64,000 bases of DNA. Source: an uncultured bacterium. GTDB taxonomy: Bacteria; Bacillota_I; Bacilli_A; RFN20; CAG-826. How positions within the stretch are numbered: the first letter of the stretch is position 1; every line of letters begins with the position of its first letter. Made by a program: the position numbers and the translations under genes. The notes under the pieces are model-generated. The model ran no database searches. It worked only from the letters and a program-made list of their open reading frames with translations, and had not been told where the DNA came from. Shown in pieces: positions 56,710 to 64,000 of this stretch. The stretch lies in contig CASFCL010000001.1 of NCBI GenBank assembly GCA_949293255.1, positions 1,082 through 65,081 of the forward strand, in the 5' to 3' direction.

Positions 56710-57993
56710 TTATTTTAATTTTTTAGGGTAAAATTTTCTTAATTTTGCAACATTGTTACTACGCACAATCTTCATTAATCTTTCATAGTTTGTATTTAAA
56801 AACTTTTCATAAGAAGATTGTGCTTTTTCGTTTGGTTCAAAAAAGCGAGCATTTTTTAAAACTTCTGGTAAATATTGAAGATGTTCCCAAACTTCAGGTA
56901 AATCATAAGGATATTTATCTTCTTCATTTACATTTACAGGGGTGTATTTTAAATAATCCATGACTTCTAAAGGTGAATCTTTAGCAATTGACATTGCTTT
57001 TTGCATTGCTGAACAGGCTGCTTTACTTTTTGGAGATAAAGCTAAATCAACAATTGCTACAGATAAAGGTATAATTGCTTCAGGTAAACCGACCATTTCT
57101 GCCGATTCAATCGCAATTTTTGTTCTTAAACAAGCTTGAGGATTAGCAATTCCAATATCTTCATAAGCAGTGACAAGCAATCTTCTTTCTAAACTTTCTA
57201 AATCATTAACAATACAAAGTTTTGCTGCATAATATAAAGCAGCATTAACATCGCTTCCTCGAATTGACTTTTGAAGTGCACTTACTGCATTATAATGATC
57301 ATCTTCATCTTTATCGATTCCATAATTAGGAACTTTTATGATTTTTTTGGTATCTTCAATTGTAATTTGTTGATTACTATAAGTGATAAATAAAATTTCT
57401 AAATAGTTGAGAGCAAATCTAAAATCGCCATTACTAGATTTAGCAATAAACATTAAACCTTCATCATCAATTGAGATTTTATTATCTAAACCTGCTGGAT
57501 TTGAAATTGCATTTTTTAAACCAACAACAATATCTTCGTTTGATAACATCGTGACTTCTAAAAGATGACAACGACTTCTAATAGCTTTGTTAATTGATAT
57601 ATAAGGATTAGCAGTTGTTGCTCCAATTAAAAATATTGTTCCATCTTCAACATAAGGAAGCAAAATATCTTGTTTATCTTTATTTAAACGATGTATTTCA
57701 TCAATAATTAATAAAACTGGACCATTTTTCTTAGCTTTTTCGATACATTCTTCAATTTCTTTTTTATTTGTTGAGATTGCATTTATTTTAATATAAGGAA
57801 TATTTAAAGAATTTGCATATGCTTCAGCAATAGTAGTTTTCCCACATCCTGGAACACCATATAAAATAAATGAGATTGGGATTTGGGCTTTTATTGAGTT
57901 TCTTAAAAATCCATTTTGTCCAACTAAATGTTTTTGTCCGATAATTTCATCAATTGTTTTTGGTCTAATTCTAAAAGCAAGTGGTTGTAACAT
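56710..57993 (-). CDS. rarA: replication-associated recombination protein A (RarA/MgsA AAA+ ATPase)
   Basis: N-terminus LAFRIRPKTIDEIIGQKHLVG, Walker A GVPGCGKTT, Walker B LIIDEIHRL, and C-terminal MgsA helical domains. Confidence 0.85.
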   Translation of the reverse strand: MLQPLAFRIRPKTIDEIIGQKHLVGQNGFLRNSIKAQIPISFILYGVPGCGKTTIAEAYANSLNIPYIKINAISTNKKEIEECIEKAKKNGPVLLIIDEIHRLNKDKQDILLPYVEDGTIFLIGATTANPYISINKAIRSRCHLLEVTMLSNEDIVVGLKNAISNPAGLDNKISIDDEGLMFIAKSSNGDFRFALNYLEILFITYSNQQITIEDTKKIIKVPNYGIDKDEDDHYNAVSALQKSIRGSDVNAALYYAAKLCIVNDLESLERRLLVTAYEDIGIANPQACLRTKIAIESAEMVGLPEAIIPLSVAIVDLALSPKSKAACSAMQKAMSIAKDSPLEVMDYLKYTPVNVNEEDKYPYDLPEVWEHLQYLPEVLKNARFFEPNEKAQSSYEKFLNTNYERLMKIVRSNNVAKLRKFYPKKLK

Positions 57994-58038
57994 ATTTAAG
58001 ATTATACAACAAAGTCAGAAAATATTATAATTATTGTT

Positions 58039-59919
58039 ATGTCGTTATTAAGTTTTAGTAATGTCTCTAAGTATTTTGGGAGTGATCTAATTTTGGATCA
58101 CATTTCTTTTGCTATTAATAGTAAAGAAAAAGTCGCTCTCATCGGAAATAATGGTGCTGGTAAAAGTACAATTTTTAAGCTTATTTTAAAAGAAGAAGAG
58201 CCAACTTTAATGCAAAAAGAAGATAAAGTTGGTGATATTCAAATTTTAGGATCATTAAAAATAGGCTATTTAGATCAAAACGCAATAAAAGACACTAATA
58301 AAACAGTTTATGAAGAACTTTTATCATGTTTTGAAAAAACAATGGAAATTGAAAAAAGATTTTTAAAGATTTCTGAACAAATTAATGAACAACCAAATAA
58401 CCATACACTTTTAGAAAAATATGATGAAACTTTAAAAGAATATGAAGAAAATAGTGGATATACCTATCAAAACGACATCAATGAAATGTTAAATAGATTT
58501 GGTTTTGATGAATCATATCGAGATAGAATAATTTCTTCTTTAAGTGGTGGAGAAAGAATGAAAGTTGCTTTTGCAAAAATTCTTCTTTTTAAATATGATT
58601 TATTACTTTTAGATGAACCTACAAACCATTTAGATATTTCAACAATTGAATGGTTAGAAAAATTTTTAAAATCTTATCATGGAACGATCTTATTTATTAC
58701 TCACGACCGTTATTTTTTAGAATCTCTTGCAACTAAAATTTTAGATTTAGAAAATCATAAAGTTACAACTTATAACATGGATTACAACCATTATCTTGAA
58801 ACCAAAAAAGCTCGCTATGAATCTCTTTTAAAAGAAGCAAAAGTACAAGAAGCTCAAATTGAAAAATTAAAAAGATTTATCGAATACTATAAACCAAAAC
58901 CAAGATTCACTTCGAGAGCAAAAGATAAAGAAAAGAAACTTGCTAGACTTGAAAAAGAAAAAGTAGTGGTTGAAAAAAAGAGTAAAACTTTGAAGTTTAA
59001 TATTGAAGGTTCAAACTTAAAAAATAAGAAATTAATGGATATAAAAGATCTTGTAATTGGGTATGAAACTCCTTTATGTCCACCCTTTACTTTTTCTTTA
59101 TATGGGCAAGATAAACTTGCAGTTTGCGGAGATAACGGAATTGGAAAAACTACGTTAATTAAAACAATAACATCGCAAATCTCAAGTATTTTTGGAGAAA
59201 TCAATGAAGTTCGTCCTTTAAAATTTGGCTATATTAGACAAAATGATTATGACTTTGAAAGCGGTCAAACGCCTTTAGATTATATGAGAAATAAGTATCC
59301 TCTTTACAGTGATAATGAGTTAAGAAAACACCTTGGGCAATTCCTATTTTCTAATGATGATGTATTTAAAGATATTGCTTCACTTTCAAATGGTGAGAAA
59401 ACAAGATTGATGTTATGCGCCCTTTCTCTATCTGATTATGATGTTTTATTTTTAGATGAACCTACTAACCATCTTGATATGGTAACTAAAGAGAGTTTAA
59501 TTGAAGCTTTACATCATTATTCAGGCTGTATTGTCTTTATTTCTCATGATCGTTACTTTATAAATCAACTTGCTACCCATGTTTTATATTTATCAAAAAA
59601 TCAGGTTATTTATAGAGAAGGAGATTATAATGTTTTAAGAAAAACTCTCGATTTAATCGAAGAAAAAACTAAACTTAAAAACATTAAAGAAATTGAAAAT
59701 CCTGTCGTTAAAAAAAGAGAAAAGTTATCAAATAATACTTTGATTAAGCTTCAAAATGAAATGGAAACTATTGAAAAAAGAATAGATGAAATAGATGAAG
59801 AACTATCAGAAGATTTCGAATCATATGAAATTATTGATAAACTTAACGATGAAAAAGAAGAATTAGAATTTAGATATTTAGAAATTATTGATATATTAGA
59901 GAAGGATAAGAAATTATAG
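58039..59919 (+). CDS. ABC-F family ATPase (translation factor type; two NBDs with inter-domain linker and C-terminal coiled coil)
   Basis: Two Walker A sites (GNNGAGKST, GDNGIGKTT), two signatures (LSGGERMKV, LSNGEKTRL), two Walker B sites (LLLDEPTNHLD, LFLDEPTNHLD). No TM domain. 626 aa. Confidence 0.85.
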   Translation: MSLLSFSNVSKYFGSDLILDHISFAINSKEKVALIGNNGAGKSTIFKLILKEEEPTLMQKEDKVGDIQILGSLKIGYLDQNAIKDTNKTVYEELLSCFEKTMEIEKRFLKISEQINEQPNNHTLLEKYDETLKEYEENSGYTYQNDINEMLNRFGFDESYRDRIISSLSGGERMKVAFAKILLFKYDLLLLDEPTNHLDISTIEWLEKFLKSYHGTILFITHDRYFLESLATKILDLENHKVTTYNMDYNHYLETKKARYESLLKEAKVQEAQIEKLKRFIEYYKPKPRFTSRAKDKEKKLARLEKEKVVVEKKSKTLKFNIEGSNLKNKKLMDIKDLVIGYETPLCPPFTFSLYGQDKLAVCGDNGIGKTTLIKTITSQISSIFGEINEVRPLKFGYIRQNDYDFESGQTPLDYMRNKYPLYSDNELRKHLGQFLFSNDDVFKDIASLSNGEKTRLMLCALSLSDYDVLFLDEPTNHLDMVTKESLIEALHHYSGCIVFISHDRYFINQLATHVLYLSKNQVIYREGDYNVLRKTLDLIEEKTKLKNIKEIENPVVKKREKLSNNTLIKLQNEMETIEKRIDEIDEELSEDFESYEIIDKLNDEKEELEFRYLEIIDILEKDKKL

Positions 59920-59921
59920 TT

Positions 59922-60368
59922 ATGAAAGTTGTCTTACAAGTAGTTAAAAATGCAAGATGTGTAATTGATGGAGTTGAGCATTCGAAAATCAACCGTGGGT
60001 TTTTGATTTTTGTTGGTTTTACTAATGGCGATGATGAAACAATTATCGATAAAATTGTCCATAAAATTTTAAAATTAAGAATTTTTGAAGATCAAAACGG
60101 TAAAACAAATTTATCTTTAAATGACATAAATGGAGAGATTTTATCTATTTCTCAATTTACACTTTACGCTGATATTAAAAAGGGAAATCGACCATCTTTT
60201 GTAGATGCTTTAGAGCCTTCAAAAGCTACAATTTTATACGATATTTTTAACAAAAAGCTTGCAGAAAGCGACTTTATTGTAAAAACTGGTGTATTTGGCG
60301 CTGATATGAAAATAGAACTTGTTAACGATGGTCCTTTTACTATTATCATCGATTCAAAGGAGATGTAA
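59922..60368 (+). CDS. dtd: D-aminoacyl-tRNA deacylase
   Basis: 148 aa; motifs NRGFLIFVGF and SQFTLYAD (SQFTL). Confidence 0.85.
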   Translation: MKVVLQVVKNARCVIDGVEHSKINRGFLIFVGFTNGDDETIIDKIVHKILKLRIFEDQNGKTNLSLNDINGEILSISQFTLYADIKKGNRPSFVDALEPSKATILYDIFNKKLAESDFIVKTGVFGADMKIELVNDGPFTIIIDSKEM

Positions 60369-60371
60369 GTT

Positions 60372-61502
60372 ATGAAAATAATGGTTGGATTAAGCGGCGG
60401 AGTTGATAGTGCAATTGCAGCATATTTTTTAAAAAAGCAAGGTCATGAAGTAATTTGTTGCTTCATGAGAAATTGGGATTCTTTAGCTAATGGAGATGTT
60501 TTAGGAAACCCAACTCTTGATGAAGATATTTGCACTCAAGAAAAAGATTTTAATGATGCTAAAGATGTTGCAGAAAGATTAGGCTTACCACTTTTAAGAG
60601 TTGATTTTATCAAAGAATATTGGGACAACGTTTTCATATATTTTTTAGAAGAATACAAAAAAGGTAGAACCCCAAATCCAGATGTTTTTTGTAATAAATA
60701 TATTAAATTTGGTCCATTTTTAGATTTTGCTAAAAAGCATGGATGCGACATGATTGCTATGGGCCATTATGCCAAAAGAATCGATGAGAACGGCAAAACT
60801 TACATTTTAAAAGCTAAAGATAAAAATAAAGATCAAAGTTATTTCCTTGCTCAAATTTCTAGCGAGCAATTAAAATCATGTTTATTTCCTTTAGGAGATA
60901 TTACAAAAGAAGAAGTTAGAAAAATTGCTGTTGAGCTTAATTTAACTAGCGTTGAATATAAAAAAGATTCAACTGGTATTTGTTTTATTGGAGAAAGAAA
61001 CTTTAAAGATTTCTTAAAAAATTACATTCCAGCTAAAAAAGGCGACATTGTTGATATCGAAAATAACCGTGTTTTAGGAACTCACGATGGTGTTATGTAT
61101 TACACTTTAGGTCAAAGAAGAGGCTTAGGAATCGGAGGAATTAAAGGCGAAGAGGCAAAAGGTTGGTTTGTTTGCAAAAAAGATGTAAAAAATAACATTT
61201 TATATGTAGCTAGCGGAAGCGAAGATGACCATCTTTTCTCAGATGAAGCAATTTTAACCAACATTAATTTATTTAATGAAAAAATTGAAGATGATAAGCA
61301 TATAAATGTTAAATTCCGTTATAGACAACAAGATCAAGGAGTTAGCGTTAAAAATTTAGAAGATGGAAATATTAAGTTAATTTTTGATAAACCTTATAAA
61401 GCTGTAACACCTGGACAAATATGTGTGTTTTATGATGGAGAAATCTGTCTTGGTAGTGGAATAATTGATAAAGTTTATTATCACGGAAAATTAAAAAATT
61501 AA
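60372..61502 (+). CDS. mnmA: tRNA-specific 2-thiouridylase
   Basis: PP-loop VGLSGGVDSA, catalytic Cys region, 376 aa. Confidence 0.9.
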   Translation: MKIMVGLSGGVDSAIAAYFLKKQGHEVICCFMRNWDSLANGDVLGNPTLDEDICTQEKDFNDAKDVAERLGLPLLRVDFIKEYWDNVFIYFLEEYKKGRTPNPDVFCNKYIKFGPFLDFAKKHGCDMIAMGHYAKRIDENGKTYILKAKDKNKDQSYFLAQISSEQLKSCLFPLGDITKEEVRKIAVELNLTSVEYKKDSTGICFIGERNFKDFLKNYIPAKKGDIVDIENNRVLGTHDGVMYYTLGQRRGLGIGGIKGEEAKGWFVCKKDVKNNILYVASGSEDDHLFSDEAILTNINLFNEKIEDDKHINVKFRYRQQDQGVSVKNLEDGNIKLIFDKPYKAVTPGQICVFYDGEICLGSGIIDKVYYHGKLKN

Positions 61503-61565
61503 TATCGTTTTGCTTACAAAATGGCCTATTTTTTGCTATAATTATTTTGTTGATGGAGAAAAATA

Positions 61566-62063
61566 ATGTTTGACGTAGGCGATAAGATAATTGTAGATAA
61601 TCATGGCGTTTGCGAAATTAAAGATATAGTCACTTGTAATTTCGGACTTGGGGAGATGGAATATTTTGTTCTTAGCCCTGTTTTTCATGATGTTGATACC
61701 GTTATTAGACTTCCTAAATCAAATCATGCCATGTTAAAAAAGATTCCAAATAAAAGACAAGCTAATAACTTAGTTAATAAAATTATTAAAAATTCTAGTA
61801 TTTGGATCGATAGTACAAAAGAAAGAAAAGCTGCTTTCAATGAAATCATTCATGAAGGTGACGAAGAAAAGATGGCAGCATTAATTTATTCTTACATCAC
61901 AAAAAAAGCTGAACTTGAAGAAAATGGAAAAGTTATTTCAATGACAGATAAATTTATTTATGAACGTGCTTCAAGAATTTTATATGAAGAAATTGCAATT
62001 GCTTTAAATATTAAATTCCATGAAGTTGATAAATTAATCGAGAAAAAAAGAAAGAAAAAATAA
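61566..62063 (+). CDS. CarD/CdnL-family (YdeB-like) RNA polymerase-binding regulator
   Basis: N-terminus MFDVGDKIIVDNHGVCEIKDI...EYFVL matches the CarD_CdnL_TRCF RNAP-interaction domain. 165 aa. Confidence 0.65.
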   Translation: MFDVGDKIIVDNHGVCEIKDIVTCNFGLGEMEYFVLSPVFHDVDTVIRLPKSNHAMLKKIPNKRQANNLVNKIIKNSSIWIDSTKERKAAFNEIIHEGDEEKMAALIYSYITKKAELEENGKVISMTDKFIYERASRILYEEIAIALNIKFHEVDKLIEKKRKKK

Positions 62064-62094
62064 TTTCATTTGATTATCAAAGTATAAGTAATTA

Positions 62095-62310
62095 GAATAT
62101 TGTAGAAGTTAAATTTGATGGTAACTTTTTAGAGAAAGGGTGGTTGGTGAAAATCCTAAGTTGAGTCAAATGAGCCGCTTCTTAAAAGAGGTTAATAGCC
62201 CGCTTAATAGAGCGATATCTATTATAAATTAAGGTGCCTTTCGGAAATAGGATGGTAACGCGGAGAATTTCGTTCCTAAGTCAAAAATTTTTGATTTAGG
62301 ATTTTTTATT
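62095..62310 (+). promoter_or_regulatory. T-box leader upstream of alaS
   Basis: AGAGA stem I element at about 62131. T-box sequence aaataggatggtaacgcgg at 62244-62262. Terminator stem cctaagtcaaaaa/tttttgatttagg followed by TTTTTT at 62275-62307. Confidence 0.6.
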
Positions 62311-62326
62311 TAATAGAGGTAGAAGT

Positions 62327-64000
62327 ATGAAAAAACTTAGTTCACAAGAAATTAGAATGACTTGGTTAAATTTCTTTAAAGAAAGAGGACATGCTATCGA
62401 AAAAGGAGCAAGTCTTATTCCTGATAACGATCCAACTTTATTATGGATCAATGCAGGTGTTGCAGCTTTAAAGAAATATTTTGATGGTAGCCAAATTCCA
62501 GAATCTAAAAGAATTACAAATGTTCAAAAATGTATTAGAACAAACGATATAACAAATGTTGGAAAAACCGCTAGACATCATACTTTTTTTGAAATGCTTG
62601 GTAATTTTAGTATTGGAGATTATTTTAGAAAAGAAGTAATTCCATGGGCATTTGAAATTTTAACTTGCGATAAATATTTTGGTTTAGATAAAGAGAAAAT
62701 TTATGTTACTTATCATCCAGATGATAACGAAACTAGAGAACTCTGGATTAAACAAGGATTAGATGCTTCACATTTAATTCCTTTAGAAGGTAATTTCTGG
62801 CAAATTGGTGAAGGACCATGCGGACCAAATACCGAAGTATTTTTCGATAGAGGTGAAAAATATGATCCTGAAAATTTAGGCATCAAAATGCTTGAAGATG
62901 ATATCGAAAATGATAGATACATCGAAATTTGGGGTATCGTTTTCTCTCAATATAACGCAGTAAATGGTGTAAAAAGAGAAGATTATAAAGAATTACCACA
63001 TAAAAACATCGATACTGGTGCAGGGCTTGAAAGAATTGCTTGTGTTCTCCAAGAAACAGAAACAAATTTTGAAACAGATTTATTTTTCCCAATCATTTTA
63101 GATTTACAAAAAATTTGTAATAAACCTTATGAAGGAAAATATTTAATGCCTTATAGAGTTATTGCTGATCATATTAGAGCATGTTCATTTGCTCTTGCTG
63201 ATGGAGAACATTTCTCTAATGAAGGTAGAGGTTACGTCTTAAGAAGACTTCTTAGAAGAGCTATGAGATATGGACAAAAATTAGGCCTTTATGAACCATT
63301 TATGTACCGTCTTGTTCCTAGCGTAATTAAGATAATGAAAGATTTTTATCCTTACATTATTGAAAAAGAAGAATACCTTGAAAAAGTTATTAAAAATGAA
63401 GAGATAAAATTCCTAAAAACATTAAAAACTGGTGAAGCTTTATTAACAAAAATTTTAGAAAACACAGACCATTTAAGTGGTCAAGATGCCTTCAAACTTT
63501 ATGATACTTATGGCTTCCCAATTGAGCTAACTTTAGAAATTTGTGGTGATAATAACATCCCAGTTGATGTTGATGGATTTAATAAACTTTTACAAAAACA
63601 GAAGGATTTAGCAAGGAATTCGAGAAAAAATATCGAGTCTTTCAACAAACAATCACTCGATTTATTAGAGTTTAAAGAGAAAAGTGAATTTACATATTCT
63701 TCATCTTCAATTGAAGGAAAAGTTATCGGACTTTTTAAAGATGGAGTTAAAGTTGATTCAATTGAAGATGAAGGAGAAGTCGTCTTTGATAGAACTAATT
63801 TCTATGCTGAAATGGGTGGTCAAGTTGCTGATACTGGATTTATTAAAAATGACGACTTTATGGCTAATGTTACCTATGTTGGAAAATGTCCAAACGGCCA
63901 ACATTTACATAAAATTAAAGTTAATTATGGTGACATTAAATTAGGCGATAAAGTTGCTCTTGTCGTTGATGAAATTAGACATCATAAAATTGAAATGAAT
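62327..64000 (+). CDS. alaS: alanyl-tRNA synthetase (5' portion; continues past window end)
   Basis: N-terminus MKKLSSQEIRMTWLNFFKERGHAIEKGASLIPDNDPTLLWINAGV is canonical AlaS. The frame stays open to nt 64000. GAGG RBS. Confidence 0.9.
   Translation, partial: MKKLSSQEIRMTWLNFFKERGHAIEKGASLIPDNDPTLLWINAGVAALKKYFDGSQIPESKRITNVQKCIRTNDITNVGKTARHHTFFEMLGNFSIGDYFRKEVIPWAFEILTCDKYFGLDKEKIYVTYHPDDNETRELWIKQGLDASHLIPLEGNFWQIGEGPCGPNTEVFFDRGEKYDPENLGIKMLEDDIENDRYIEIWGIVFSQYNAVNGVKREDYKELPHKNIDTGAGLERIACVLQETETNFETDLFFPIILDLQKICNKPYEGKYLMPYRVIADHIRACSFALADGEHFSNEGRGYVLRRLLRRAMRYGQKLGLYEPFMYRLVPSVIKIMKDFYPYIIEKEEYLEKVIKNEEIKFLKTLKTGEALLTKILENTDHLSGQDAFKLYDTYGFPIELTLEICGDNNIPVDVDGFNKLLQKQKDLARNSRKNIESFNKQSLDLLEFKEKSEFTYSSSSIEGKVIGLFKDGVKVDSIEDEGEVVFDRTNFYAEMGGQVADTGFIKNDDFMANVTYVGKCPNGQHLHKIKVNYGDIKLGDKVALVVDEIRHHKIEMN

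Noticed and set aside
62713-63944. Small ORFs on both strands inside alaS (62713..62922-, 62883..63092-, 63684..63944+)
   Set aside because: The alaS reading frame is open and conserved across this whole interval. These are out-of-frame artefacts.

Overview
64 kb chromosomal window from a low-GC (about 30% GC) Firmicute, probably Bacilli- or Erysipelotrichia-like. Supporting this: standard code with TGA used as a stop (pepV/trmB ATGA overlap at 14672-14675), T-box leaders on leuS and alaS, glgD, ylxR and ytpR. Almost everything is on the + strand and densely packed. Housekeeping content: glgCDA, leuS, coaX with an ECF S-component, pepV, trmB, ytpR, a LacI regulator, apt, tyrS, tdk, gmk, acpP, rimP-nusA-ylxR-infB-rbfA, ribF, rpsO, two ABC exporters, pnp, an RNase J-like gene, ftsK, pullulanase, plsC, rsmF-like, pdp, rarA, an ABC-F ATPase, dtd, mnmA, a CarD-like regulator, and the 5' part of alaS. 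Two tRNAs (Glu-TTC, Asn-GTT) lie on the minus strand. Regions worth attention: (1) a MukFEB/JetABC-like SMC condensin module at the 5' edge with no JetD nuclease gene after it, reading straight into glgC. (2) A CvpA-like gene followed by two tandem paralogous multi-pass membrane proteins with long E/K/P/V/A-rich linkers and a shared uncharacterised C-terminal domain. (3) A very AT-rich, translationally coupled seven-gene locus next to the tRNA pair (signal-peptide protein, TadA/CpaF-type ATPase, two TadB/C-like half-size platform proteins, two small N-terminal-TM proteins). (4) A divergent acpP and two-subunit aconitase-X-like hydro-lyase pair. (5) An RNase J paralog whose catalytic His/Asp motifs are all substituted. 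(6) The nusA-infB-rbfA-ribF-rpsO-pnp super-operon with truB missing and a minus-strand TtcA-family PP-loop gene in its place. No CRISPR, rRNA, integrase or transposase was seen.
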